A DNA stretch of 64,000 nucleotides, from the NCBI GenBank assembly GCA_043228905.1, contig JBHGNT010000017.1, positions 18,476,001-18,540,000 on the forward strand, in the 5' to 3' direction. This document shows, one piece after another, positions 23,030 to 37,160 of this stretch (position 1 is the first letter of the stretch; each line of letters opens with the position of its first letter). A model generated the notes under the pieces. It worked only from the letters and a program-made list of their open reading frames with translations. It had not been told where the DNA came from and did not search any database. A program made the position numbers and the translations under genes. This stretch comes from Azolla caroliniana. Lineage: Eukaryota > Plantae > Polypodiophyta.

Positions 23030-26000
23030 TTAAAGAGGTTATGCACATATGTTGTATCGAACATAGCATATGCTATTCACTATACATACATACTGACTTT
23101 TTAACATAGATTATACATGAATTTTATATACGTAGTTGTAAATATTTCCAAAATTGTAGTAATAAATCATGGAAATTTAGGAAAGTTCAAATATGTAAGC
23201 ACCAATACTATTCTAATCTATTGTAATGAAGAAACACACTTGTTATATTTGCGGAATGATCTTACAATGCAATTACCTTAGAAATTTGTCCATATTATCT
23301 CTAAAGACTAAAATAAAATGTTAACTTATAAGCATTTAGACTTGCACAAAATATTGAAGATAAAATCAAAAGATCACCCATGAAGAATGATTTGTATACC
23401 CTTTGACAAATTGTGGAAATGATTGTATATTAAGGTTCATCATGGACAACATGTTTGTTTAATCTGTTCTCCTTTTTTCATAAGCAATGCATTTGTTATC
23501 CTTTTCACTACCATATTATTAGGAGGAATATGATCATGTGCCAAATGATGAAGAGATTTTATAATAGATGCACATCAAATTCGATGCTTGAAACATAACC
23601 TACAACCTTGCCGGTAACAAAGGACATGGTTTACCAATATACACCATGCTAATAAACAAGACTTAAACCACTAACATTAACGGTTAGAATGATGCACTTG
23701 CGCTCCGACACTCATTTATTTTGTAGTGCACATCATCCCTAAATTTGCCTTAAATAATCTCCAAACTCTATAAGCAATGATTTATTAGCATTCTAAAGTC
23801 TCATATAAAGGCAATGCTTTGACATTGTGTTTTGGCATGAATGGTATTAATATGCTTGTTATTAATTCATATCATTACCTACAGCTAGATGTATACTTTA
23901 CCAACTATAGAAACTATAACCAAGATACAAAACATGTTGAATTCAACTCAATTTAAATCTGGAAATTAAATTACATTCAAGATCCATTAGAATGCATTCC
24001 ACCAAGATTTCACGTTCTTTGTTTAATCATCCTATTCTTCACTACTTACTATATTGTGGTGTCCCTTTGATGCAAGTGCATGTCTTCATGTTGTGGTGTG
24101 CATTTGTTCCTTTGTACCCCTTTTTAGCACGCATGCCTTCATGTTGTGGTGTACATGTGTTGCTTTGGGCCACCCTTTTAGCACACCCTTTTTAGGACGC
24201 ATGCAGCTAAGTTAAGCCAACCCAAATGGGTACCTAAGTTAAGTAAGAAGCTAAGCAAGTTGGTTTGGAGTCTCTTTATATGCATTTCACAATATTGATG
24301 TTTGAAGAACATAGTGTGAAAAATGTCTAGGGTAACTAATGTCATGCCGAGAGTTATTAGTTCCTAGAAATGCTTCTATATAGAGAATTGTTATCTTTTC
24401 CAAGTCAAAGTTAGAGTGAGAATATGTTTCTATAAACAGTGGACGATCAACCCCTTTGAAGTGAGCATAACAATGATGTCTCTTTCCCACTTTGTTCATT
24501 TTACCATATTGATAGAGAAGTGTTTGTGGATATCATTAGCTATATACATGCCTATACTTAATATATTTCCAATTAATATGAAATTAATACCATGGGGTAA
24601 CCATTAAGATAATAATTGATAGGGATGCTAATAACGCCCATTGATGGCCTTGCCCCCTAATGTGAGACCATCATGTTGAAACTTTACTTAATACCATTAT
24701 GGAGGAGTGAATTTTTATTTTGGTGTCTTGAGTTAATTTTATGTGCCATATGTAAAGTGGTGTGAAAAATGTTGCCTATGTAGAGTTTGTTCATCAATAA
24801 CCCTAAATCCCAAAACCATACTCATTGTGCCAAAATCTCTAAAATAACTAGCACTTTAATTGTTCTAGGCTTCACAGTCAATGGGTCGATTATTAAGTTG
24901 TAGTTAGAAATAGTTGTCAAGTCTCATTCTTATATCATAGGCAAATATTGAATGCACAACATGTCATGACATCAATCATTTAGATTAGACATTTCTTCGT
25001 TGATCTATTCAGATCGAGTTATATAAGTTGTGAGTGTGGAGGGCACATGTGGTCAACAATCACTATTGTCAGGTAATTCTAATACGACATATTTCTAATG
25101 TAAATGCTACCATATTTGTCTATTCGATGCGTCCCAATTTCCTACATGTCTTATATGCTTTGCCCCTCTAATAGTTGTTGGAAGCTCCAACTAAATGTTG
25201 GATTCATTGAAACATATCGACTTTATTTTGATTGATATGCATAACATCTTATCAACCTCCTCGATGACAATATAAATTGAAAGCATTAGAAGACATTTTC
25301 ATTGTGCATCAATAGTAAATACATATTATTTTATTCTATGAAACTATAGATGAGGTTGCTTTAGTAACTATAACATGCTTTGAACGCATGGCATGCATAC
25401 ATATACACGCTCAATCTCTCTTTAAAAAATGATAGTCTTCAATTGAAAACATGAATGAGACCATTTTAGTATAAATTAGACTTCTATGCATCGTCAATAC
25501 ACAACTACATAGGTTGCATTAAAGAGAAATATTTTTCAACTCAAGTTTGGTCTTATGAAAAATTATTCAAAATGTCACGATTCTAAGGAAATTTTCCTAC
25601 TCTTAAGAGTCTTTGAAATGTCTACTTCAAAGTGTATTAACATCTCTAAGAGGCAAATATGGCAAATGTCATGGGGGTACATCTCATTTAGTATCACCTC
25701 CTTTGTTTTTCAAGAATCAACTCACTTGAGGATGCTTACCTTGATTTTTGAATGATTTCTTTGGTCAAACTCTAACAAAAACCTTCATTTTGAGGAATTA
25801 TAAGTGTCATGAGTGCGTGAAAATTTTGATGAGGATAGGGTGTAAATATAGAGTTTAAAACAACAAAGAACCAGCTTGTTGGAGCAATCATGCTCATTGT
25901 CCTAAAATACACATGTATATATGTGCAAATCAGGATACATATACATGTTGCCATGGATGGATCTAAAATGACAGTCCAATGATAACCATAGTTTAATAGT

Positions 26001-29000
26001 TTAAGAACCCAAAATCTGTTATATATATCTATATATTTCTATTTGCATCACACTTTTGGAAAGTATCCGTTTGGATCAATGGACAATTTTATGTGATGAC
26101 TCCAATATGGTGAAAATGTGAGCCTCACTCAATCATGGCCATAGAGAGGTATAGAGAGAAGGGAAAAGAGAGAAGTGTCACCTTGGGGTGTCAAAATATA
26201 ACATGAATGTTTTGTTTATGAAGCATGAGTTGGCAAAAAGTTTATATGAATGAGAATTATTGTTAGTAATGCCATCCTTTTTTGTTTTATTTATTCGATG
26301 AACCACATTTGTCTTGGTAACAACAACAAAGAAAAATGTGAGTATTAATTCCATGTTCTTTCACAGTTGTCTTTTTATGCGTGCCATCCTTCTTAGGAAA
26401 CTGAAGACCCCGGTTTCCCGATAACAGTAAACAAAATAATCGAAATCATAATGTGCCTTGTAATGTTAGTGTATGTAAGATGCTTTAATTCTCGAAATCA
26501 AGGTTGCCTATTGCGTAAAAATGAAGGCGTGTTAGTGAATGGCCTTTGATGCGTTATTCTAATGTTTATCTTTGTTCATTGATATTACTGTCAAGCTACT
26601 CATAAGGTATGGATTTGATAGAAGCTCTACCATTCTGAGGCAAATAATTAAAAAAAAAAAGCTACAAATTAGCAAGAAGCGATGCCATGTCATTGGAAAC
26701 TTATATGTACATAGTTGCATTTTAATGTCATGGTACTTCGATTGCAGGGACCGTACTAAACCCACTAGGATTGCATTGGAAGTACCAAACCCACTTACAA
26801 CGCCAAACTAGGCTATCCAATATGGGAAAACTTATCATTTTCATCGTGTGGATTTGTGAGCATGAAAATAAATAAAAATTCCCCTCTCTGCATCGACATT
26901 CTATTCACAAAATCAAGAATTTTATCGACCTAATTGATTGTTGGACTCACAAGTTCCTCAAAGTTTAATAGTTCGATTACGAAAAGTCTAGCATTCCGTG
27001 ATCCATCTTAATATTTAGTGACTGGGAAGTGATGACAATGTAATATGTCTATTACTTCCTCCCATCCATGAGAGTATCCATGATTAGATATATTTCTTGT
27101 ACTAAAGATGATTCATCTGTTCAAGGATCATCCCCCTCTTTCATTATTGTTTGCCTAACTTTATGACATGGAAATATAAGTCTTGAAGTTCTCTAGGCAA
27201 AAGGACCACAAAGGTGTCACGGGAGTTAAGGGATAGGTGAGAGTTAATTTCAGCCTCTTCCATCTTTGGTCTCCATGTCGAACCGTTGAACCACCATATC
27301 AAAGTTTCGGTTTCCACTTTAGTAGTCTTTTCAGATGCTTGAAGCTTTGTGAGTTTCTTGATGCCCACTTTAGGTGGACCACATTTTTTTTGTATTGCCC
27401 TTGTTCGCACGTTTTAATATAGTCTACCACACATTTAACGAAAACAAAATTCGCATCTTTTTGCTTTCCCTTGACGTTGTGGATACCTTAAAACTTAGGA
27501 TACCTTATAACCCAAAGTTCAAAAGTTCAAGACTAAAGTAGTACAATCACGGAGGAGTTAGGAATATGACTTACACGCGCAATGATTTCATATGTGTTCC
27601 TAATTCTTTCGTTTACACTTTATAACTGACCTCTAAGTTACATTAACCTCATGTAAGGCCACTAAATAAGAAAATTTGTGAGATTCGTGAATTTCACTTT
27701 TGTTATTGTTGCACCACCAAAAGGTTCACGATATGCTTTATCAACATTGGGTGGAGATCCCACATTACATAACAACTAGCAATACTACAAAGGTGAAAGT
27801 CCAAAGATCTCTTTGAAGATTTGGCTTTCACATGCCAAAACTTACTCAATCTGGGATTTTGATAATGTGTTTGATTATAACAAAAGGTCAAGACCTAGAT
27901 ATGGACAGGTCCAAGGTTCAACACTGTGGTGTTAACATTAGCACTTTTGGGTAAAAAGTTAATGTTAGTTTCAAACATTTTCTCACACAACTTCCAACAT
28001 GTATAAACTACATATGATGCGTGTCCACACATTTCATGAAGTAGGTGCTCATACATTATACATACACACCTATTTCAGAGAGTAACGATCCTTGAAATGG
28101 TGTTTACTTCTAGCCTTTTAATGTATGATGAAATGAGGCCTATTGGAACGTCAACGTTTAATGTGGCATAAATGATCTCACACAAACGAGTAAACTTGGT
28201 CTTAAAGTTCATTATCTGGTGCTCAAACTATTTAAATAATATGTACACGCTCTTGGGAAATCATGTGATCTGGGTTATTCCAATATATGTATACAATCCA
28301 TACTGTTGCATTTTCACCAAATTTATTTCGATATGGTATAGTCTCAAAGATTAAGTGGTCCGTATATGTAGTCTTGTGTGGGCAAAACCATGTGATGTAG
28401 ATGATTGGAGTGAAACATTAAAAGGAAACACCATGTATTGTGATGTGTTTTCACCTATGTATTTTCTACGTGGTAAAATGTATGAAGTGCATGTATCCGT
28501 GTTCTTTCTCACATTCAGCTAAATTTCTAAAATTTTGTCTTTCTGAAATCGTACTTGAGGTCGTTTTTTTAGGAGCATTGATGGTAATGGTTGTACCCAT
28601 GCTATTTTGACACATTGTTGAAGAGAGGGAGGGGGAGTCCCTATATCTAATTTATCCGTTTTATATTTATCTTAGTTCCACATGAGAAGAACTAAAAATG
28701 AGCTACATAGGGCTCGGACAAACTTTGTGCCAAAGTAGCATTTCCTCCCCCCTACAACACTTGCTCGGTTCTAGCTAATGCAAAGCCTTCAAGGATGTGT
28801 TCAAGATTCAATGGTGGGTTTTGCAACAACCCATTAAAGAGCAATGACAAATCTTGGTGGGCAAATCTCAGAGTTCCCAATGGCCACACATACATATCAC
28901 ACTAAGACGTTAAAAGAAGCAAATCTTGGTGGGTAAATCTCAAAGTCCCCAATCCAATGGCCGCACACACATTGCACTAAGAAGTTAAGCTCATCTATAC

Positions 29001-29364
29001 ATATATTACTGAATGTGGCAGTGGTCATATTGTAGAGAGATGTCGAAGCTGCATCGTTACTGTTACGGCTTGAAGGCCGATCTGATTGGTGCGGTGATTA
29101 AACAGAGGCATGTTTTCGACAAGAGGCGGATTTTCGACAAGATTTGACCCCCTCTCTCATTCTCTCTTTCAGGGATTGTGCTCTAGCTTATTATTATTAA
29201 CTTAGATAGCAATGGGTGGCATGGCATGTATGCCAAACAAAAGAGTTTGTGTGGTGGTAGTGGCTTTTTTTGCTTTTTGCTTTTTGCTTTTTGCTTCATC
29301 ATGACACTGTCTCTGTTTGTCTCTTTCCTAAGGTAAAAGAACTTAGAAGTAAAACATAAGCATG

Positions 29365-29367
<3 letters not shown>

Positions 29368-29425
<58 letters not shown>

Positions 29426-29719
29426 CAGACAGACAGACAAGACAGACAGACAGACAGACAGCTCAGCTCAACTCAGTTTCACAAGAAGAAGAAGAAGAAG
29501 AAGAAGAAGAAGAAACTTAGTGAAGAAGAAGAAACTTAGTGTTAAAAAAAGGAAGAAAGACAGAGCCCATTGTTCTTTACTACACTCTTTCATGAATAGA
29601 AATAGCATAATGTATACTATATACTATATAGTAGTAGTATACTATATAAATGAAGAGAAAGGAAAAAGAACAAAGAGTTTACCTAGAGAGAGCATCATTC
29701 CAATGCCAGCTCTCTATCT

Positions 29720-29767
<48 letters not shown>

Positions 29768-30120
29768 AAGCTTTTTCTCTTTCCCAACTTCACAAGGCCC
29801 TTTTTCTTTCTCTCCTTTCCTTAGCTAGAGCTATATACCAATCTTCTTCTACTTTATCTCTCCTTCTTCTTTTCCTTCTTCTTCTTCTTCTTCTTCTTCT
29901 TCCTCTGTTCTCCATTGTGATTTCTGCTTTCACTTCATCCCAGTGAAGATAATGCTGCCCCCCCCTCCCCCTGTTTTGTCTCGGATTGTCTGATACCTTC
30001 TAATCCTTGGCATTGAGCTGCTGCAGCTCCCCAGAAATTTGGGGCTTTTGACATATATATCTGAAACAGGGGAGGGGGGAGGCTTGATATAATATACACA
30101 TACACACACACACACACACA
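29368..30120. repeat. Microsatellite cluster upstream of the RLK: (GA)n, (GACA)n, (GAA)n, (CT)n, (CTT)n, (CA)n
   Basis: Seen directly, e.g. (GA)n 29368-29422 and (CT)n ~29725-29763. Confidence 0.95.
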
Positions 30121-30139
30121 TTCTGCATCATTTACAGCA

Positions 30140-32653
30140 ATGGGGTTTCATAATCTCTTACAGCATAATGTATCTCCCTTTCATCTTGCTTTGCTCTGTT
30201 TCTTCTTCTTCATCTTCTTCGAAGGCATGTCTGCGGTGGCAATTGGAGATCTGACCGATGATACCGAGGGCCTAACTGTGCTCAGAAGTGCATTCAACCT
30301 CTTGCAATGGAACACAAGCAACAATGTATGTGGGTGGGAAGGTGTGACATGTAGCAGTTACTTAAATTCCATGAGGGTCTCTGCATTACGCCTACCGGGG
30401 GATGACCTCTCAGGACCCATCCCTTCAGGTTCTCTTGGAAGATTGACTGAACTCAGAGTTCTTAGCCTCCGATTCAACAAGATATCTGGTTCTTTGCCAC
30501 AAGACCTGTCCAATTGCACCTATATGAGAAGCATGTATCTACAAAGGAACCTTCTCTCTGGTCCTCTCCCCTCTAACTTCACACATTGGCCTAACCTGGT
30601 CCATTTAGACTTATCCGCCAATAACTTCTCTGATGCCATACCTTCTTCCATCACTAACCTCACCCAACTCAAGTCTCTTTACCTGCAGAACAACTCCTTG
30701 TCTGGGTCTATACCTGCCCTAGAGATCTCTTCATTGACCAACTTTAGTGTTGCATACAATCAATTGAGTGGATCTATCCCTAACACTACCACATTGAACA
30801 AATTCCAACAGAGTGCTTTTCTAGGGAACAATGGCTTGTGTGGTTTCCCTCTAGGTGCATGTAGCACATCTCCATCTCCGTCCTCGACCTCATCTCCGTC
30901 TTCGTCTTCGTCTTCACATAGGAAACTCTCAGGAGCTGCGATTGCAGGGATCGTCCTTGCCTGCATTTTGCTACCGTTTCTCCTTCTCATAGCATGGGTG
31001 CTCTTATGCATGAAAGCACAAAACAAGGAGGAAGAGAATGCTAACCTATATGCTTCTAGATCAGTTGAAGTTGGACAAGGCGGGGCGGTTAGCACGGAGT
31101 ATGTCCCCAGTGTACCTCAAGTGGTGCAAGAATCTAGTGCAAATAAGCTTATTTTCTTTGAAGGAAGCAAGTATTCATTTGAGCTTGATGATCTGTTGAG
31201 GGCTTCAGCTGAGGTTCTGGGCAAAGGTAGTGTTGGGACTGCCTACAAAGCTGTGTTAGAGAATGGATCCATTGTTGCTGTGAAGAGATTGAAGGATGTG
31301 AGCATTGAGAAACAAGAATTTGAGCAACACATGATTCCTGTTGGGAGGCTTAAACACGCGAATCTTGTGCCTTTGGTGGCTTATTTCTACTCCAGAGAAG
31401 AGAAGTTGCTGGTGAATGAGTATATGACCAATGGTAGCTTGTCTGCCCTCTTGCATGGTATGTTACAAAATTTCTCTCCCTCCCTTTATTCCTTCATTTA
31501 TGGAGTTCATTCCTGAAGTTAACTAGATGTATTGATATTAAGAGAGAGTTTTTTGTTAGGATTAGTTCCTTGAAGCTTAGAATCCATTTTTTTTGTTTCT
31601 TTCTAATATCCTCGGACATTCGGCGCATTAATGCCCATATAATGTTTTAGGCAATGTCTGATTAAGGAAAAAGATAATGAATTGTGGACTAGAGAGTTCA
31701 GATTTTTTATCATGTTCTGGTCTCAATCTTGCAATAAAAGCTCCCTCAATCTTGCAATAAAAGCTCTTTATGGTTTCTATAATGATGTTGAGTATATTTG
31801 AACAAGGGAAAAATGAATTCTGGAACAGGGTGACTTTGTCCCAAACTCTTTTCTGGGAAGAAACCACACCTAGGTAGATATGCATAGAAGCTCATAGTAT
31901 TTAACATGATAGGGAGATATGATGGAAACTGGCCTCTTTTTTGCATGGGAAAATGTCTAAAACTTCAGAATCTTATATATATATATATATATGCCATGAC
32001 CTTCCTTATACAAACAATGCTCTGATACCATCCTTGTGTTTGTGGATATGCCAGGAAACAAAAGCGTGAACAGGACTCGACTAGATTGGGACACGCGGGT
32101 GAAGATTTCCTTAGGTGCAGCCCTAGGTATAGATTACCTCCATGATTGTGGCTTCACACATGGTAACATCAAGTCATGCAACATCCTGCTAACAAACAAC
32201 TACAATAGTTGCGTTTCGGACTACGGTCTAGCTCAGCTAGTAAGCACGACTTCGGCTGCAAATCGGGTTATCGGCTATCGTGCACCCGAGGTCACTGATG
32301 TGCGAAGAGTAACTCCAAAAGCTGATGTCTACAGTTTTGGTGTGCTTTTACTTGAGCTTTTGACTGGAAAAGCGCCGTCTCAAGCGTCAACTAGTGAGGA
32401 AGGTATAGATTTGCCGAGATGGGTTCAATCAGTGGTTAGAGAAGAGTGGAGGGCTGAGGTCTTCGATCCAGAGCTCACGAAATATCAATCAGATGTCAAG
32501 GAAGAGATGGACGAGTTGTTACAGATTGCTTTGCAATGTGTGGCACCATCCCCTGATCTAAGGCCTACGATGAAACAAGTGGTGAAGTTGATTCGAGATG
32601 TGCAAAAGAATGATAATGGCTCAGGTGACATCTCCAAAGGAACAAATGCATAA
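30140..32653 (+). CDS. LRR receptor-like kinase, LRR-III (RLK902/RKL1-like), atypical kinase; exons 30140-31457 and 32055-32653 (~638 aa)
   Basis: Signal peptide, LRRNT CGWEGVTC, ~5 LRRs, TM helix, FELDDLLRASAEVLGKG, HGNIKS, DYG and YRAPE. GT..AG intron at the conserved LLHG|N position. Confidence 0.95.
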
Positions 32654-34600
32654 CAACATTTCTCTTATCAAACTATGATCATAGATTAGTATGTTACTCT
32701 AATGCATGAATTTTTCCTTTTGAAAAACTATGACCATAGATCTCAATCCGTGCATTATTTCTACTTCTCTCGGTCTCGCTATGATCACAAGATAGTTGTC
32801 CGCTCTGTGAAGATATTATTATATAAGCATATTCTCTTGGTCTCTCTCTCTCTCTCATTCATCCTTCCATATTTTTTAGGACTGTTTGTTGTTCCCATTT
32901 TTTAGGGAAAAAAACTCTTGGGTTTGTATATGCTGATTTTTGATGTAATATTATTTAATCCAAACAGAGGGGTAAAGCCTTGAGAAAAAAAGGTGGTGTT
33001 GTGTTGTATTATGATTATGATTATGATTATGATTATGTTGTAACGCTTCAAATGCAGCCATTCTTTCCTGGATATCAATAAAGACTCCTTCCTGCCCTTG
33101 AATTGTAAATGCTGCCATGATTTTCTTCTCTTCAGTTTTCAATTTCTTCTTTAGTAAATTGACCTCAACCTTTTCATTCGAAAAATGTGTGTTTGATCTA
33201 CTCATTATTCGGAACATCATCTAAGATTAGTTGCTCATTTTCGCTTGAACCTTCTGTGTTATGTTCGCGTAATTACTAATAATCTTTCATCATTTTCATT
33301 ACAACCTTCGTGTCCTAGTTTGCATTATCTCATGGAAACTTAAAAGAAAATGTTTTTACTTAAGAAACATGGAGAATATGAAGAGTTCGATTCGTTCTGA
33401 GTATCTCACATAAAGTACTGATCTTCTTAAGTGTATATCATGTGAATTTACGGGCTTAGAGCTCTCTCTATTTGGCCTTGAGAACCCATTGTCCTTCCAG
33501 CACAATCAGAAAACATTGTCATTGATGTGAATTTATCATACTCTTCCAGAGTGAGCTCAAATAAATTCTCTAGTCTCTCCACTGAATGTGAAATTTCCAA
33601 AGATCTCAACAAAAAGGACAAGTAATGCAAGGTCGTGTCTAAAGGAACCTTACATGCAAATACGTGCAAAAATGAGATAGACAACATTAATACTAATTGA
33701 TTGGAGTGTGGACTATTTTCTAATATACATTTGTATAGAAAGATAAATACTCAGTTGCCTTTTGTCAAGCCATGTTACCTCCCAATCATGTTGAGACCAC
33801 ACGAACATGAACAAAAGGAAGCATAAGAATGTTCTAATCTTATATTTGCTAAGTATATAATAACACAATAACTACTATCTATCTATCAACATGAGAATCG
33901 TCCAATGTTTTCCATTCCGTTTCTACCAGACCTTGATGATATTTACTTTACCCCATATGAGCAATCAAACCACAAGTACTTCCATCTAAATTAAATGGAG
34001 GTACTTGTCCCACATTGAATAAGGAATTCTTCAAAAGAGAATTGATCACATGTTTAGAGAGTACCAAATTAATGGAGATTGAATATACATACTGAATTCA
34101 CATAAAAATATTTTCGAACGTTCGAGTATTTTTAGATGATGGTAATCACATGTTTGGGTGGAATATTGATGAGGCATAGACCATTACTCTTCATAATCTA
34201 ATCAATGATGATAATCACATGTTTAGATGGGAATATCGATCATGAACTTGGATGGAGCATGATCCCTATCTAGCCTTACTTTTGTTAATCTAATTAATCA
34301 TATTAATGACATTGTTATGGAACGCTGTACTCTGTTTAACGTAGCGCCACACTCTAATTTTCACGAGATTTTTACACTCTAGAGATGTCAAAAATCGAAC
34401 CTTCCATGCTTCCAAAGCTCGAGAGAGAATTACAAAGATGCTTGGGTCTGAAATATTTCCTCATAAAACTTATAACATTAATGTTTAATAAAGATTTTTC
34501 TTCCACAAGACAGAAAGATGGTGATCCTTTCCATGGAGATGGAGGTAGATAGATAGATAAATACACATGGTGAAGAATGTGAAGTGTCTAGGGTTTGAGC

Positions 34601-35570
34601 TCACTTCCTCTGCACGGGATCGAAGGTGGAGACACCTGCTACGGCAGCGCCAATGGCGACAAGGACAACTCCACCGGCCACAACACTTAGTAGAAGGTTT
34701 TTGAGGGAAGGGGAGACACCAGGGGAGGCCGCCTCAGCTATGTCCGGGATTATCATTGCGGCTGCTGTAAGAATGGCCATTGTGGCTGAAGGCACTGCCA
34801 TCATAGCCCCCTTCTTCTCATCCTCCGCTCCCGTGCTACATCAATTTAAACCAGTCCAACCATCATTGATCCATTCCAACACTAATCTTAATCTATTCCA
34901 ACCACATATTTATCCCCTCATCCTAACCCTAACCCTAACCCTAACCCTCACCCTCACCCCATAAATGCTTTGTGAGAAGGCCAACAAAAACTCAAAAATG
35001 AATCCTAGCTAAACTCAAAAATGAGTCCTAACCGCATAAATCCTTTGTGGAAGGCCAACAAAAACTCAGAAATGAATCCTAACTAAACTCAGAAATGCAT
35101 CCTAACCCTAACCTTATTTTAATCCATTGAACCAAAAAGTTGAACATGGATCCTATCCCTAACCTAATTTCAATCCATTGTAACAAAAATCCAAAAAATA
35201 GTTGGTATCTGTTGTAACCATAACTGTGACCTGATCAACCAATTGTAAATAAAAACTCCAGAATGAACCCTAAGCCTATTGATCCATCATGAGGCCTTAA
35301 TCTTAACTATTCCTGAAAACCCCAACCTTATTAATACATCGTGACAAGACCGAAGAAAACCCTAGAAAAAAGGAATTGAACCTCAAGCACACACATTTCC
35401 ATGATAATGGCCTACCTCATCTTCAACCTGCTTCCATTGGAGGCCTTGATAGCGGTGTGAACCCTGGTTGGAGCCAAGCCGAGGAGGCCATTGGTGGTGG
35501 TGGTCCTTGAGCTGCCGAGCAGCGAGGAAGAGATCTGCAGGACGGATGTGTTAGAAACAGAGGTGGCCAT
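34601..35570 (-). CDS. PSBX: Photosystem II subunit X precursor; exons 35570-35416 and 34835-34601 (129 aa)
   Basis: Ser/Thr-rich transit peptide, thylakoid signal ending AEA, mature [23 protein letters not shown]...FDPVQRK; the GT..AG intron keeps the frame. Confidence 0.95.
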
Positions 35571-35685
35571 GGCTCTGTTCTTCTGCTTTCTCCTTCTTCT
35601 CCTTCTTCTCCTTCTTCTTCTTCTTCTTCTTCTGCTGCTTCTTCTTCAGAAATGGGGTTAGCTAAAATCTAATTGGCTCTGTTTC

Positions 35686-35730
35686 TGTGTATAAAAAAGG
35701 AGGAGTGGATAAGGGAAGCTCCAATCAAAT
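35686..35730. promoter_or_regulatory. Probable PsbX proximal promoter: TATA-like tract, I-box GATAAG (35708-35713) and CCAAT
   Basis: Motifs lie 120-155 bp upstream of the ATG; I-boxes are typical of light-regulated photosynthesis genes. Short motifs only. Confidence 0.45.
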
Positions 35731-35855
35731 CGCCCACAAACAAACGCTTTGCCCCTTCTTCTCCTCCTCTCTCATCACAACGTGCCCTGCCCACACACCC
35801 TTCATTTCCATACATACCATACCATACCTTTCTTCATCTTTATCTCCCTCCTCTT

Positions 35856-35856
<1 letters not shown>

Positions 35857-35904
<48 letters not shown>
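35857..35904. repeat. (CA)n microsatellite
   Basis: Seen directly. Confidence 0.95.
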
Positions 35905-35905
<1 letters not shown>

Positions 35906-36959
35906 CTCGAAACCCGAGGGTCCCACCGGACATATCCCGCCTGCCCGCCCGTATCCCCATGTTCATTATTGACAATGCCCATTATCCCATACATCGGATC
36001 CACTCCTAGATTTCACCTCATCATGGACCATAGTCCATAACAATCGACAATTGTTCGGTTTGGTTCGGTTCAAACCGTCTATACCGAACCGAACCGTTTA
36101 AATTGTTACGCTGTTAAGCCGTGGTTTCGCGGTTCGGTTCGTTGCCGATTGTTAACGGTCAGTGTGCTTAAAAATTGGCTATCTCTAGCTCGTGGCACAT
36201 ATCTTTGCACTAGATTCCTGCGCATGCGCTCACTCGGATTTCATTACCTTTTGAACTGTAGAAGCGAAATGTCTGGGGCTAGTATTATGTGGTGGATACC
36301 TACAGTGTGTATCTTGCACCAAATTCCCACCCCCCTCAAATCGACCTCTCACATGGGAGCCCGCACTCGACAGAGCCACTTTATCTACCCACTAGCACAT
36401 ATTTCGTTACCTTCAAAACTCCAAAAGAGAAAAGCCTAAGTGGGGCTAGAATTAGGTGGATACCCCAAAATCGTGGTCATCTTGTTTTTGTCTTTCCAAA
36501 TGTAGCCAATGAATGGAAAACATTCTTCTATAGTTTTGGGCTTGATGATAGTGTGGAGTGAATCTTGACAATAGAATTATACTTCTACCCTCTAACTACG
36601 CTCAAATAAAGCTCACACAAAGGCTAGTAGAAGAATCGTGTTTTTGCCATCACAATGTGTTTGTGTTCACGATGAAAGGCATAATCGACAATGTTTGTAA
36701 TTAACATGCTCCAACCTTTCTAAAGCAATTACTAAAGTAGTCACAATCCTTTCTTTCTACCTTGCTAAGCTACTTGTCAAGTTCTAATAATGTGTCTTCA
36801 ATTTATGTGAAGAAAACATTATGTTATTTCTAATAGATTGGAAGCTCATGATAAGGGATGGTAAAATTGAACTCATGCATTAACTCTACTCCACATGCTT
36901 TCTTGCCTACCAAATCATTCTCATCACAAAAGTACCTCATAAATACCATGTTCGCCCTA

Positions 36960-37160
36960 AGTGTATTTATACTTATACATTGTATGGGCTATTTACAAAT
37001 GTAGCCACTGCTACTATCATTACTATAATAACAATAATAGTTATTTAGCCGAATGATCGACTAGTCGACTCCAGTGTTGACTGTCCGGTCGGCCCGACTG
37101 TTGGCCTAATCTTCGACCATCCGGTCGGTCTGACCAGTTGGTCGTGTCTTCGACTTGGAC
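36960..37160 (-). mobile_element. Fragment of Tork-like Copia LTR
   Basis: Reverse complement of ~1390-1475 (gctacatttgtaaatagcccatacaatgtataagtataaatacac). Confidence 0.7.

Noticed and set aside
23160-25400. Possible ancient Helitron or other DNA-transposon coding remnant (e.g. IIPKFALNN)
   Set aside because: Only a few suggestive residues; no continuous ORF or termini.
29183-30121. ORFs with SLSLSL, CVCVCV or HTHTHT runs (also 35673-36040, 39144-39733)
   Set aside because: Translations of microsatellites.
31458-31516. ORF-track extension of RLK exon 1 (MLQNFSP..) and upstream extension of exon 2
   Set aside because: Intron read-through; splice sites at 31458 (GT) and 32054 (AG) give the conserved LHGN junction.
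36038-36154. Small inverted-repeat element (TAACAATCGACAA/TTGCCGATTGTTA with GGTTC repeats)
   Set aside because: Looks like a MITE relic, but I found no TSD and it is too short to classify.
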